Shown: positions 27,827-40,780, counted from the stretch's first letter. The stretch is 55,907 bases of DNA from Sphaeroforma arctica JP610 (GCF_001186125.1 NW_014040262.1:14567-70473); one strand, 5' to 3'. Notes: generated by a model from the letters alone, not told the origin. Numbers and translations: made by a program.

Positions 27827-30800
27827 CTCGCCACGCACTGAGTACACGCACTGAGTACACACACAAAGAAAGCAAGAAACACATGACGTGTTTCTCACAA
27901 ATCTATAGTGTGTGCTGTAATAAGAACTTCGAGCCAGAATGCCCAACAAAGTAGTATATTTTTGTACAACAAGGACCCACACATAATAAAAGTCAATACA
28001 ATATCATTGTATTAGCAATGTAACATACTGATATCTTGTTACTGAACTGTTTGAGCCATTGGCAGTACCACAAACACATGGGAACCATCCACTTGATTAC
28101 AAGCATCGGAGGACTCCTTCGCGCCAAAACAATCCATGTTTGGTAACATCCGTTTTCACCATAATCGTACGTTCCACAATCACACAGTGATATTTCCAAA
28201 TCGTGGTGGGGTGTCCGATCCAGTATGATTGGGTTCAAAAAGGTGTTTGTTTTGTGAGAAGTATGTTTTCCTAGTTTACATGACTATAAAGGAGCCGTTC
28301 GCGGTGTATTGTGGGTTGAGAGTGAGGTGCTAGATTTCACGTAAAATATCTATATGAATGGGTTCTATTATATAAAACTAAAATCTGTTTGATGCACACG
28401 AATGATGTCAGAGACAAAACAAAGCAAAAAACAATGATGTAGAGTACACTGCCCTAGGAGCGGAAATGTCATACGAAACGTGATAAAATTGAATACAACT
28501 ATAGTACAGTAGCAACAATTAATGCACAAGGGATGCAATAGTGACACAGACAACGAAACTCATGATTGATATCGCCAACAATTACAACCCCTGCATCGGG
28601 TCACAACAATACAGAAAAATGACACACAGAGCGAGCAACGAAGTAAAACAGTTAAATTGCACATGAGAAAAATGTCGTTGTGACGTCCATTGTCAAACGA
28701 TGACAACATTGTTCAAGGTAAGCCCACATACACCGAGAGTTCCACGAGCACCTCGTGAACATACTAACGTGAAATAACGGACGTATTCCCTAACCTGATC
28801 AGAATTTAGTATACAACAAGACACAAATATATTCCCAACACTTGACAGTAAAAATCAAACAGTTTATGTGGAATCACAGCTGCATACAATCACCTAGGGT
28901 TGCACGCGGGCTAATATCAGACCAAAACATTGCTCAAGCACTTGCTTACCCTCTTGTGCCCAGCGTTTTAAGCAGCTGCAGGTACGAACTATTCTGGAAG
29001 AGGCCGTCCAGAATGTCTCCAAGGGCAAGCGTAGAGTAGTACCAAACCTTGTGCTGCAGAAGATTGGTCAGTATGTGGAAGCAGTTGATCACCTGCACAC
29101 ACACGTGACAGAGAGTAAGTAAAGTGTATAATCAGGGTATTGAAAATTCATTGCACCCAATAGTTTGTTATTATAGTCGAGGTAACGTTGTTCGGACTGG
29201 CTTTAGTGGTTTGACTATGGAAGCTACGGAGTCGTACAGAAACAGATTCCCATCATAACTTAATCGGGCATAGAATTCAATTGAAACCACAAATCAAATG
29301 GTTTAAATACAAACTGAGTATAGATAAAACACATTCTGGACATAGTCATATACCTCGAGCAAGTACCCACAGTCCACAGCCAATTGCGAGATAATGTGGT
29401 CTACGAGTTCATGGGCGATGGAATCAAAGGCTCGGCATTGGGCAACGCCTTCATCAAATCCTTTCAACACCCTATGCATGGAGAGAAGGAATGGGTCACT
29501 TGCGGTGCTCAGCCCATAATATTTTTAAGCAAAAGAAACCTATTCTGTTATTTGGCAGGTGCCAATACTTGTCATATAATATAATGTCCGCATCAAATGT
29601 CAGGCCTGATCTAGGATAAAATCGTAGAAACGCTGGATGCACAATTGGATATCCACACCACTCATAGTTAACGATAGCAGGGACAGGTTGTGCTATGCTG
29701 AAACCTACATACTCTCTCAAGCCGCAGAAAAAGCGTCTGTTGTTTCGCCGGCGGTCATCGGTTTCAGGTTTCACACGGTTGTCATTGATCGCCTGGAGTT
29801 TTCCCTGTTGTACCACGTTAATGTCACAAGTTCTTGTTACATATACTATGTATTGGAATATGCTGTCACAACGGTTCTGCATAACGTTATCATGGTAGCG
29901 CCTGCAATGAGCAAAATACCACTGAGCACACAACAACGCACTGGACATTAACAGCGTACCAGATACACGCGTGAGAATACAGGCTCGAACGTCTCGAATT
30001 CCTCGGCTGTCATCTTGGATATTCGATACTGACTTCCCGCCTGCATTGGATTAAATCGATCAAATTTGAGTCGAAAACATCGATTAGAAGGATTTAATGC
30101 TGACACGTCTTGATACATGATAGCCTGAACAAGGATGATATCAGGTATCAGTTGAAGCGTTTGCTGGTAAAATCACCGTCACTATTTACTGCGAAAAGTC
30201 ATCTACCCAGTGCTATCAGTGATACTTCAAAACCAATAGCTTCTCTTGTGGTGGCAATAATTGTGATACCGAATAAGATGTTTATTGATGCCACTTCACT
30301 GCGCAGCATTAGTTGGTAGCGGCGTAGTTAAAGCAATCAAATAAATTACACGCGGCAAGCCGTTGACAAACGATGCTATACACAAAATTCTATCAAGAGT
30401 GCGTATATGCCACAGTAGAATATGTTGACACATACCCAGTTCCTGACGATGTCATTCTGGTGGATGAGCAGTATCCCTTTTCCAACTATATAACCGGGCA
30501 CATACAGCGTCACATTCTGCTCTTCGTACACTTGGATCATCTGTGTCAGATTTCGAGTATTTGTCTGTCACTTTATACATACATTGAGGTGCATGGGTAT
30601 ATGCACGAGAGAAGTCGACTTCGAAAGCACGTCAGAATTTGAAATCTAAACACGGAACAGCTCACGAGAACAACAGGATATCTGCGAATAGAATCACGCA
30701 GTGCACAGTCACAGTCTCTGAACGATTCAACATGTGGATGCCGGAAGACTATGTCATTGGTGTGTCCATTGAACGTGGCAGCTGCACGTATGCGTGTCAC

Positions 30801-33800
30801 ATAGTACCACCCAAGTGGGACAGTATAACTGTACACATGTACACAATACTACACACATAAATACTGGCATATGTACAATGCGGTGTCTTCCGTGTAGGGC
30901 ACAGTGTTGGACGCAATGTAAGTTTGTATCAGTGAAAGTGACAAGTCAATCACATAGATGCACGCTAAAACACATCTCTATACTGATATACTATTCGAAC
31001 ATACCGCAGCGAAAGAATCGTTAAGGAGATCGGAGGTATCTAGTAGCTCGGGATGGGCCAGCACTTCGTAAATGGGTACCCATTTACTGGTTTCTTTTAC
31101 TCTGACGTACTGCGGGGTATGAGTACGCAGCCGTAACATCAGATACATTTATCATATAGAACATCGTTTAAGTAAATGTATATATTTGGATTTATCACTA
31201 CAAGCGCAATTGGGTCATTAAACTTGCTATTACAAGTACATTTGCAATTTTAAATTTATTTCGGTATACTGATAGGTTGGCAATGGGACCTCGTAACGGA
31301 GAGACACACACGGTGAAATGTAATATTATCACATACAACTATGTATATGCTTCTATATCTCATCAATCACATATGACAGCAAATCTTATATGATTGCCGT
31401 GCAGAGTGCATAAATGCCTATTCGCGATCTATCAGACATGTTCTATTGGTGATTGAAAAATTGGGCATCTCAAGATTGAATAATATTAACTCGGGCTTCC
31501 CACGAAACTATACGAGCGTAGCAGATCCAGCATAATTATTAGTAAATCAGTGGGCTAAGCGCATCCAAGAGTCTCCATTTGCATCTAAACCACATGCTTA
31601 CCTCGTTGAAAGCACTACACAGCCGAGTGGTGTCCATCTGGTCGTATGTGTTCTTGAAGGAGATCGATGCGAGATTTTCAGATTTCCGGAATTCGTTGTA
31701 CCAGAACTCCTTGACGTTGGTTGCAAGTGTAGCAAAGTATTGGCATGAATGAAATCAGATAGTGTCGAATTCGAATATTGGAAGGCAACATAAATCCCAC
31801 TTATTCATTTTCAGTGTCGTATGTACCAGTAGAATATCGAAATTCATATCATAAACGGAGGCGATCTAACAAGCTCCCTATTCTATCTAATTGCTATAAA
31901 GTTTGTCGCCACTAATAATATACTGATTGCCAAATTGCCAATATACGATACCGTGAACAATCTGCTATTTGCTTCCTCTATGTTTTAATCCACAAACAGG
32001 TACGTGGTGTATATACAATAATCTTACGTTATTAATATATCCATACGCAAATTTGGCTCAAACTGAATGTATGTAAAAGGTTTTCAATGCATTCCTACAA
32101 TCACATTCAAAACATAGCCAACGCTCAACAATTTAACTGTAGCTGCATAGTTTAAAAGAATACTACACTTGTACGCCAATCATGGCATAAAATACGACAT
32201 GTATGTATGTATGTATGTATGTATGTGTGTGTGTGTCTGTGTGTGTGTATGTATGCATATATGTATGTTTGTATGTATGTATGTATATATGTATGTTTGT
32301 ACGTATATATGTATGTAGGTATGTATGTATGTATGTATGTATGTACGTATATATGTACGTATGTATGTATGTATACATGTATGTATGTATGCGTGTTAGT
32401 ATGTATGTATGTATCTATGTATCTATGTATCTATGTATCTATGTAGCTATGTATCTATTTACGTATATATACATGTATATATGTATGTATGTATGTAAGT
32501 ATGTATGTATGTATATATGTATATATGTATCTATGTATGTATCTATGTATGTTTGTATGTATGTATGTATGTATGTATGTATGTATGTATGTACGTACGC
32601 ATGTATGTATGTATGTATGTATGTATATGAGCATACCTACATCCAACACTATTGAATATACTAATATCGTGGATACATAGTATGAGCGCACAACTTACCT
32701 TGGAGTCATGGTATTCATCGCAGCAAGCCCTGCACACCGTGACGTCATTCTGCCAGATCTCTCCGAAAGTGTCCAAAAGTGTCGTGTTCTGTAGTGGCAC
32801 GCATCTGTGGGCGAGGAGTAGTTGGTGCATCATCTACATCCAAGCCAAACAACATGCAGCAGCATTAGCACCCAGTGATTCGAAAAATTATGGCGGGGGA
32901 TGAGAACAGAGGAATTGGCCTGAACTTCCACAAAACTGCCCTTAAATTTGCCAAGTTATTCTTCTATATCTCATACTGTACTAGGTATTAGTTCGGATTG
33001 CTTTTTCGTACTATAGCCCAATTCGAAAGTTACGCATCTACACATTCCGTGGAAATATGCACAACCTTGAAACCGGGCCAATGCAGCAACTGAATGCTTA
33101 CTACACTTGCGATCATGACATGTAGAAGCATTGGGAGTTGAGTAAACCACTCCAGTGAACAGAATTTTTGATAGATCTAAATATGTCGTCGGTAGTATAG
33201 GACATGGATATAAAATATATGTGTGCTCGGCTACATGAAATAATGTTATACAAATATCATGATGTCGTATAACCATGTTATTTACCTCTGGTTGTGTGTG
33301 CCAGAGATGGTAGTCCTTGTCACCGCTAGTTCCGGGAGTTCCCCCCAAACCGCGCACATATTGCAACGCCTGCGTAAGGAATGTATCCCTCTTCGACCGG
33401 TCCCGGAACAAGGACCTGTAAAAGCGTTAATGACCATTCGGATTTAGGTTGTAAGTCTACATGTATGTGAATATTCACACAGCACCTCGATCAAATACAA
33501 ATACGCACTATTCCCATAGCACCTCAATGTAATACAAATACGCAGCATTCACACAGCACCGCAAACAAAATGGGAGTTAACAATTGTCGAAAAGTGTCCC
33601 ATACTCTGGAGGTATGACAACCAGCTCTTGAAAATAACAAATATTAAATGGCGCATTCTACATACCATATATGAGGGGGCAACAACGAGTTGGGCTGTTG
33701 TGGTATGTCATAATCAATGGCATCGAACTCGTCTTCCTGAAACACAAAATCGGCCAGATCACTATCCTCAGCACTAAATTCCGCAGCATCTTCCTGTAAG

Positions 33801-33844
33801 GAGTCCTCGACCCCCGACGATATCACAATGTAATCAACAGTCAT
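9942..33844 (-). CDS. SEN1: Sen1/senataxin-like SF1 (Upf1-like) RNA/DNA helicase, multi-exon gene of about 24 kb
   Basis: Putative ATG at 33844 (MTVDYIVISS). N-terminal exons contain HLWHTQPE and VCRACCDEYHDSK (Sen1 N-terminal CxxC..YH..K motif). Pre-helicase DLFKQ|VLMW and VIPLAFDDYAHYRRIFTPFL follow, then a complete SF1 helicase motif set. Last exon 10982-9942 encodes an R/S/D/E-rich tail. Not every internal exon boundary was resolved, and continuity of the N-terminal and helicase halves is inferred from Sen1 architecture. Confidence 0.82.
11286..17186 (-). other. SEN1: Helicase core exons of the Sen1/senataxin gene
   Basis: In order: YNRPQLQAI..ITMIQ|GPPGTGKT (Walker A), RVLLCAPSNAAVDE, VIVRVG, AEIIATTL, VIDEAAQ (Walker B), MVGDPNQLPATV, YERSMF, LLTVQYRMHPEIASFPS, VGIVTPYSAQ, IDSVDSYQ|GREKDIIIFSCVRA, IGFL, DVRRLNVALTRAK. 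All lie in GT-AG bounded exons. Confidence 0.96.
19994..20196. repeat. 23-bp minisatellite, about 9 copies (agctataactatggtatatacat), intronic
   Basis: Tandem units read directly, with scattered substitutions. Confidence 0.92.
32199..32628. repeat. (TATG)n microsatellite in a SEN1 intron
   Basis: About 430 bp of imperfect tatg repeats; source of the MYVC/YIHT pseudo-ORFs. Confidence 0.97.
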
Positions 33845-35307
33845 AATTTTCGGACTGATTCGTTGTCAAAATATGCATTCTAGGCTTAACGGCCATCTTG
33901 CATTTGCGCACTGTGGTTGAGGTATGATATCTATCTTAGCGGTGTGACACCTATGATGTTGTTTCCGCTCGTCGATTTTTATGTATTATGCAATCATTCT
34001 AACAAAGCTAAACACATATATTCGCCCATACACTAACGTTAATAAGTGGCACGTAATGAATACTAAATACATATCCCACACGAAAGCAGAAACGAAAGTT
34101 ACGAAACCCAGGCCACAAACCATAGCCTTTTCAAAAAATAATACCCCCAAACCCACAATCAATATCACCCAAAAGCCCGCCAAAATTGCCGTAGTTGTCA
34201 TCAATTATATCCACAGGTGCCGGATCAGTGTTTTTTATTTTATTAATTTAGGTTTTTTTTTCTTCCTAAAAACCTCTATATCCCTTTTGGCGGTCTCGAG
34301 ACTCGACTCTCGAATCTCGACTCTTCGTTAAATATTACTATAGTTTTGTTTATTTTTATTATATAAAAAAACAAAATTAATTTAAAAAAATCAAAAACAA
34401 ACCAAAATCAAAATAGGGTGGCTGGTCACTGGTGGCAAGCTCGTATTAAACGTTATGGGGGTACGGGATAGACGTATAACGTAAACGCATATTTATTTTT
34501 TAATATTAAAACGTTATAACGGTTGTAATGTGATCAGAAGGGCCTACCTAAGTTCTTTTATAGGTCTTGTTCGTATCGTTAACATGGTACACACTTAAAT
34601 GTTTAGACCCGCAAGTTGCACCTATGAGCATACAAAGGACTGCAATCGAAATATAAGTTGAACGTAAACGTATCTTTATTCGATTTATAAAAGTTTTAAC
34701 GGAACCCTGTTTGAGGTTAGCGGCACAGTCACAGACTCACAGAAGTCAGAAGACAATATATACTGATGAGGACCCTGTTCGAGTATGGGCTGAACGCTGT
34801 TGTAAGCTACAGTCCAACACCAAAGACCAAAAACCCTAAAACATCACTTCTATTTTCACCAGAGGTCTCTCTCAAACTAATCAAGACCAAGACGCCGATA
34901 CTTGGTCACTATTGATGCAGCTACAACATACACTCTCACAATATGCGGACATCTGGACAAGTGTTGTAAATCATAATCGGATCAGAAGATGGCCATCACT
35001 CCATCTTGGTACGTACATGCCATGCTGTTTAAAGTTAGGAATGTATGTCTGTGGATACATCTTAACCACTTCGGGTCGCGTATTTGATGGTAAAATTGCT
35101 TCTGCATCAGCCTTATTTTTGTGTAAGCGTTTGCGAAACTTCCTATTAAAGCCTTTAGCCCATCCTGATCATCAAATGCTGATGGTGGAAGATCATAGTG
35201 CGCTCCATCTCGTCCGTAGTTTAATATGTCATACCCTTAAACTTGTAAGACATAGGAGGTGTAGTAGCTTTGCGTGTGCGACGAAGGATGATCTCTGTCG
35301 TAGGAAT

Positions 35308-36330
35308 TCAATGTGACCCGATATTTAAGGCAGTATAGCCGTCAACGCTGTTAACTTCATACGTTCCGCTCTTCTTGTCCGCCACGGAGATCATAAATGA
35401 TCCAATATGTTTAGCCGTAAGCACAGTTTTATCGGAGTTGCGAGCCAATGTTTTCACTAAATCGCATACCTCAAACTCAACTATTTTCTTGGTATCATTC
35501 CATCGCTTTTGTCTCTTCTTGAGAGCAATGTCCTTCATCTCTCTTAAGCAAGGATAGACCACATTTCTGGTCCGACGCATCTTCTCTAACCATGGTAACA
35601 CATGATCATCTTGAGACTCCTTGTTGAAGAGGATATGTAATTCACTATAACGGTCCCGGAAGTAGTAAGCGGGTAATGTACCAATGACTGAATCAGGGGA
35701 TTCGTTCATCTGTGTCTGTACCTCAATGTTTTTAGTGCTTCTCGCATGAACTCCTTCATCTTTCTGTGTCGTACCTCGTTCGCACCTTGTGTCTGAGGCT
35801 TTTAAGGTACCCCCATCTTATGGCATGATCCCGCAATGAGTAACAGCGTCGTCATGACATCTCCTGTAAACTCACTACCGTTGTCGGAACATAAAATAGC
35901 TGGCCAGCCGAAATCTGCGAAGTACTTATATATGCACTCATCCACAGTTTGTGTCGATTTATCTTTCAGCGGATACAATACATTATATCTTGATGCGACA
36001 TCAAACACGTGATATACATATTTATCCTTCGAGTGTCCGGACGTGGGTAGCTCAACCAAATCAATGATAACTCGGCGCCACGGCTCGTCTTCTGATACGC
36101 TGCGTAAAGGTGCGTATCCGTAGCGCTTGATCCGGTTAACTTCGCAGTTGTTACTTTTGTGATACACCTGAGATATATATTGCTTGAGGTTCAGCTGTAC
36201 GATTCCGTGCCTCTTACAATCTTTCTCAGTTCTAACCTTATACATGTGCTTAAGAGCATGATTTTGTCTTAACCACTTCAGAATCGCCTCCTGTGATTTA
36301 CTTGTTACATTGAAATCAGGAGGTGAGGAT
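35308..36330 (-). pseudogene. Retroviral-type DDE integrase (rve) with degenerate N-terminal zinc-binding region
   Basis: H..KH...NNCEVNRIKRYGYAPLRSVSEDEPWRRVIIDLVELP..YVYHVFDVASRYNVLYPLKDKS..FADFGWPAILCSDNGSEF..P*KPQTQGANE. Continues in ORF 35308-35709; stop at 35802-35804. Confidence 0.95.
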
Positions 36331-36649
36331 TCCACCGCGTCATCACCTGGACTCGAAGACTCGTCTTGTCCAATCTCGCCTAAAGTTTCTACATCGTGAA
36401 TCCGATTAATGTTTGATCTATTCATTAGTTGAGTTTTTGCTTGGTATGCAGTTTCCCTGTCAGACCGTATTTTGTTGTAGAAGTCTTTCGCTAGTGTTGC
36501 GCTCCTCTTTGATTCCTTTGAATTTGCTGTATCTCGGTAACACATACTGCAGGTGCTTGTGTTGTCCCAGTCTCTGATTGAGACTTAGGATTCAAGAGTG
36601 GAATCTTGGATCCCTCAACCTTCTGTTTGAAGGTCTCGGATGGTGTCCG

Positions 36650-36955
36650 CTAGATTGTTCCAACTGGACCTATTCGACATATTATAGTATGTCGCCAAGG
36701 TGTCTTTTGGACTGCACGGGTACCCTGGTAGAGAAAAGTATCTACCTTTCTATCCACATAGATCAGCTCATATTGTATCATTGAGATCAACTGTGGTAGC
36801 CATTTATCTGAGTGTCTTAGGGGACAACACAACGTGATGGTAGCATCTTGAATATGTACATAATTTAGCATCTGTGGTATTAATAGCCATGGAGGATTTG
36901 CCCAGGCATTCTCGTTCGACAAGTCTATCTGGAATCCGTCTCCTTTCGGATGCTT
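36650..36955 (-). pseudogene. C-terminal half of a DIRS-type N6-adenine DNA methyltransferase domain
   Basis: KHPKGDGFQIDLSNENAWANPPWLLIPQMLNYVHIQDATITLCCPLRHSDKWLPQLISM fits the DIRS MT pattern DAF..W....YANPPW.LI..VL.......TL..P.W....W.P.L. Catalytic NPPW at 36887-36898. Confidence 0.88.
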
Positions 36956-37714
36956 CTAGTACTCCACATTCACAACTAATAACCCACCTACACGGACAGA
37001 TTACTCCTACTACCTCAGTACCTTTATACGAATATACCGATTATCTCAGAGTCTAGGGAGCACCACTGAAAAAGTATTATTCTTACGAAAGTCGAGGCAG
37101 GCTTTGAACCCGCAGGTGCAGGCAAGCAAAGTTTACACCCTCTCAGACGAGTAGGAAATACTTACACTCAGGGTGTAAGATCGCATTATATGGTGAATGT
37201 AGTTAAAGCCGGTAGCACTACTGTGAAAATGAGATTATGATACGAATAATTTCTGGGAGCATGTGGTGATCCTTCTAGGACTACTCTTCTCTAGTGTATC
37301 TAAGACTTATTATATCCTCAAGGGACTGACCAGAGAGTTATACACCCTATCTTGGTGGGATGAGAGACCGTATTTTAGTTAACTATAGCTTCGCTCCTAC
37401 CTCGCTACGCATATAATTGTGATTTATAAAAGCCATCTGGATCTCTTGACCCCTCCGTAATATATAGATGTCTTAGGTAGCACAAAAAGGTAACAGAGAT
37501 AATGGCCAAATGGGTGACCGATTCATTATTTTGGTATAAACTAAGAAGCTCAAGTTTCGGTTATCCACTTGTCCTATGGTTTAAATAACCAAATGTTACA
37601 CCAAGTTTAACTTATTTGTACACAGAGGTCGACATACCTAGGGGGAGGGAAGGCTGTACCACTGAACTATAAATGTCCCACACAACTTTTTGATAGATTA
37701 AAAGAGGAATCGTA

Positions 37715-39354
37715 GATCCGCTAAGGGATCATCTTTTACATCCCTTCGGGATGGTAGATCTCGGAGAGATCGTACATCCCTCGGGATGTACCATTAACCC
37801 TTACCAATCAAATTAGAGTATCTCTGTATAATGGAAGGGGTCCCCCCTCTCATAGGNNNNNNNNNNNNNNNNNNNNNNNNNNNNNNNNNNNNNNNNNNNN
37901 NNNNNNNNNNNNNNNNNNNNNNNNNNNNNNNNNNNNNNNNNNNNNNNNNNNNNNNNNNNNNNNNNNNNNNNNNNNNNNNNNNNNNNNNNNNNNNNNNNNN
38001 NNNNNNNNNNNNNNNNNNNNNNNNNNNNNNNNNNNNNNNNNNNNNNNNNNNNNNNNNNNNNNNNNNNNNNNNNNNNNNNNNNNNNNNNNNNNNNNNNNNN
38101 NNNNNNNNNNNNNNNNNNNNNNNNNNNNNNNNNNNNNNNNNNNNNNNNNNNNNNNNNNNNNNNNNNNNNNNNNNNNNNNNNNNNNNNNNNNNNNNNNNNN
38201 NNNNNNNNNNNNNNNNNNNNNNNNNNNNNNNNNNNNNNNNNNNNNNNNNNNNNNNNNNNNNNNNNNNNNNNNNNNNNNNNNNNNNNNNNNNNNNNNNNNN
38301 NNNNNNNNNNNNNNNNNNNNNNNNNNNNNNNNNNNNNNNNNNNNNNNNNNNNNNNNNNNNNNNNNNNNNNNNNNNNNNNNNNNNNNNNNNNNNNNNNNNN
38401 NNNNNNNNNNNNNNNNNNNNNNNNNNNNNNNNNNNNNNNNNNNNNNNNNNNNNNNNNNNNNNNNNNNNNNNNNNNNNNNNNNNNNNNNNNNNNNNNNNNN
38501 NNNNNNNNNNNNNNNNNNNNNNNNNNNNNNNNNNNNNNNNNNNNNNNNNNNNNNNNNNNNNNNNNNNNNNNNNNNNNNNNNNNNNNNNNNNNNNNNNNNN
38601 NNNNNNNNNNNNNNNNNNNNNNNNNNNNNNNNNNNNNNNNNNNNNNNNNNNNNNNNNNNNNNNNNNNNNNNNNNNNNNNNNNNNNNNNNNNNNNNNNNNN
38701 NNNNNNNNNNNNNNNNNNNNNNNNNNNNNNGGGAGATCACTCGTAGAGTGATCGTACATCCCCCGGGATGGTGGAGGGTCCCTCCCCGGGTTCTGGGGAG
38801 GCGGCCCTTCGGGGTTCCGTAGTTTTAGGTGGGACACCCTTATAATATATCCTACACCTTCGGTACCTCGTCTCCTAGTAGGGGGTATTTTACTCATCTT
38901 GCTACCACTCTCCCTCTCTACCCCAATTTCATTTATGTTACCTATCTCTCGTAGGGATACCCCTGCGGGGTCATCTTTATATCTCGGCCACCACCCCTGC
39001 CTAAAAGGGAGGGTCTCCTGAATAAGCTCGCGGGGCTTACATTCGCAGGTGTTGGCTGTACTCCTTTCTCAACTATGATATCTCATGTAGCATATCTCTC
39101 TTGACTAACCCCCTTAACGTTTCCGGTTTAGCTGGACGCATAAACTATCGTCTCATGCCGTGTAAAGGAGTGGCCCCAGTATATCCTTATATCTCTAAGC
39201 AACACGATACTACCCCAATAAATTTAAATCCCGTGGGTACTCCGAAGGAGGGAGAGAGCGTGTACACATGCACACACACATAGGAGGGTCACCACCCCCC
39301 ACCATGTACGGACCATCCCCTCGGGAAGCTTGTGCACCCCGAGGGATGTACCAT
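37715..39354. repeat. Cluster of GC-rich mini-hairpins (many with C-GNA-G triloops) flanking the assembly gap
   Basis: catccc-ttc-gggatg 37739-37753, gatctc-gga-gagatc 37757-37771, gtacatccc-tc-gggatgtac 37772-37791, gatcactc-gta-gagtgatc 38735-38753, acccc-tgc-ggggt ~38959-38971, ctcc-gaa-ggag 39240-39250. Confidence 0.8.
37857..38730. other. Assembly gap (874 N)
   Basis: Run of N characters. Confidence 1.
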
Positions 39355-40664
39355 GGAATTGAACCTATATCTCTGTTTTTATAATCTCTTTTACTTATCT
39401 CTCTTCTTAGAATCTCATCTCAGTTTATTATTCGTACGGGGTTAGTAGACCTATAAATATGTGTCCCATGAAATACTCACTTATCCACACTCATACATAC
39501 ATCTAACTCATACCACCCACAGAGGATTGGATATCCTATCTCCACTTTTATGTATGGCAACATGTCTCTGTCCTATCGTCTTCCCCATCCAATCTACACC
39601 TCAATAGTTTGAAGGTATTTCTTTTTAGGTATGCTGTGAGGTAAGTTACGAGAGGTGTGTGGCCGGTAGTATGAGATTGACTGTACCTAGACAATTATTT
39701 CTTCTCTGTAATAAGAGTATATAGCCCCTTTATTCCTATATATTTTTCCCTCTATAACTACCATATGGTTATAATTGTACCCCTAGAGATTAGCTAAGAT
39801 ATCACCACTCACATATCATCCTGTACTGTAATATGGTATACCCTTGATACCAAGTAGGCTTGGAGAAGATTATCTAACCCAATTATTCAGGAGGGAGATT
39901 AGTCTCTTACTGCGCTGACTTCTGGTTGACACTTGACTCAACTACGTTAGTCTCTCATTCAACTACTTCACTTGATTGAAGAATGGTTGGGCAGGGTTAT
40001 TTCTTCCGTCGATAAGGATACATTGCTTTATAATAGTTATCCTCTTTATCAAATGGGACACACTTGTAGAGATATACCACAGACATCATTATACACTCCT
40101 ATTGAATACTACTTATATCCTTCACTACAGCTACCCACCCACACTAATTACAGTAATATCACTATGCTTTACCTAAGGTCTCCATACCTTTAGCCCCGTG
40201 TTAAGTTGATTAAAACATTATCGGACTTTATGGTCATTCTATATTCACCATTGGCAATAGCTATGGTTTGACTACTCCCTAACCTTCCCCTATGATATCA
40301 TCTCCCCACACCACTATGTACATAACCCCATTACCACCCTCTACCCCCTCTTCATAGTGTATCACTGACATACCAGGAGTATTTACTATCACCCATCATA
40401 CATAAGTTATCCCAAATGGCTACGAGAGTTAGGTGAGCATATAAGATTTATATACCACTATTCATAAGCTAATGTAGATACATTCACCCTGCCTAAAAAT
40501 GAAGGTGGCCTGGTAGTTATTTATCCCATCTCTCCACCACCGATATCTATTCTAGTAGCTTCCTTACATTATAAGCACATCTATTACCCCTGTTAGCCAC
40601 TGACCCATTCCCTTCCACTTTATCCTCTTAAAAATTTTCTACGAAGCTCATCCACTTATAAGGT

Positions 40665-40780
40665 TCCAGTGTCCAGTACCTCGGCAGTTGTGCATTATGA
40701 TGAGCGGCAAACATTTCTATGGTAAGTGGTCCATGTATGTTGTCTGCGATCTAAAACCACCTAGGATTGGCCATCCAATC
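40665..40780 (-). pseudogene. N-terminal half of the DIRS-type N6-adenine methyltransferase domain, in frame with RNase H
   Basis: Reading through the TAG at 40751-40753 gives DWMANPRWF*IADNIHGPLTIEMFAAHHNAQLPRYWTLE. This matches the DIRS MT pattern EW.L.P..F..I...WGP..IDLFAS..NAQLPRY. Confidence 0.88.

Larger units (their letters stand above)
36961..40664 (-). mobile_element. Highly degenerate Penelope-like element (RT + GIY-YIG) inserted into the MTase domain
   Basis: Minus-strand relic motifs in PLE order: LPMVNIE*P*SPIM (~40230; LPK.HK..PLRPI), MSVVYLYKCVPFD (~40060; DV.SLYT.VP), SGDILANL (~39795), IYRNKGAIY (~39730; RYVDDIF), LPYIKVEI..HIYRSTNP (~39560-39440), linker LPLGMSTSVYK*VKLGVTFGY (~37640-37585), RDPDGFYK (~37435). 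Nucleotide homology to 49674-49945. Confidence 0.68.

Noticed and set aside
29496..29951. Overlapping 150-aa and 104-aa ORFs within SEN1
   Set aside because: Lie in an intron between identifiable SEN1 exons; no domain motifs.
32163..32691. ORFs reading MYVC/YIHT repeats
   Set aside because: Translations of the (TATG)n microsatellite.
33986..34204. 72-aa hydrophobic ORF upstream of SEN1
   Set aside because: T/G-rich presumed 5' UTR or promoter sequence gives hydrophobic translations by chance; no recognisable family.
37794..38897. Long ORFs of 296-367 aa
   Set aside because: Artefacts of the N gap.
40561..40620. GQWLTGVID as a LAGLIDADG motif (mitochondrial insertion)
   Set aside because: Lacks the following GDG/ADG, and the surrounding relic motifs fit a Penelope-like RT better.
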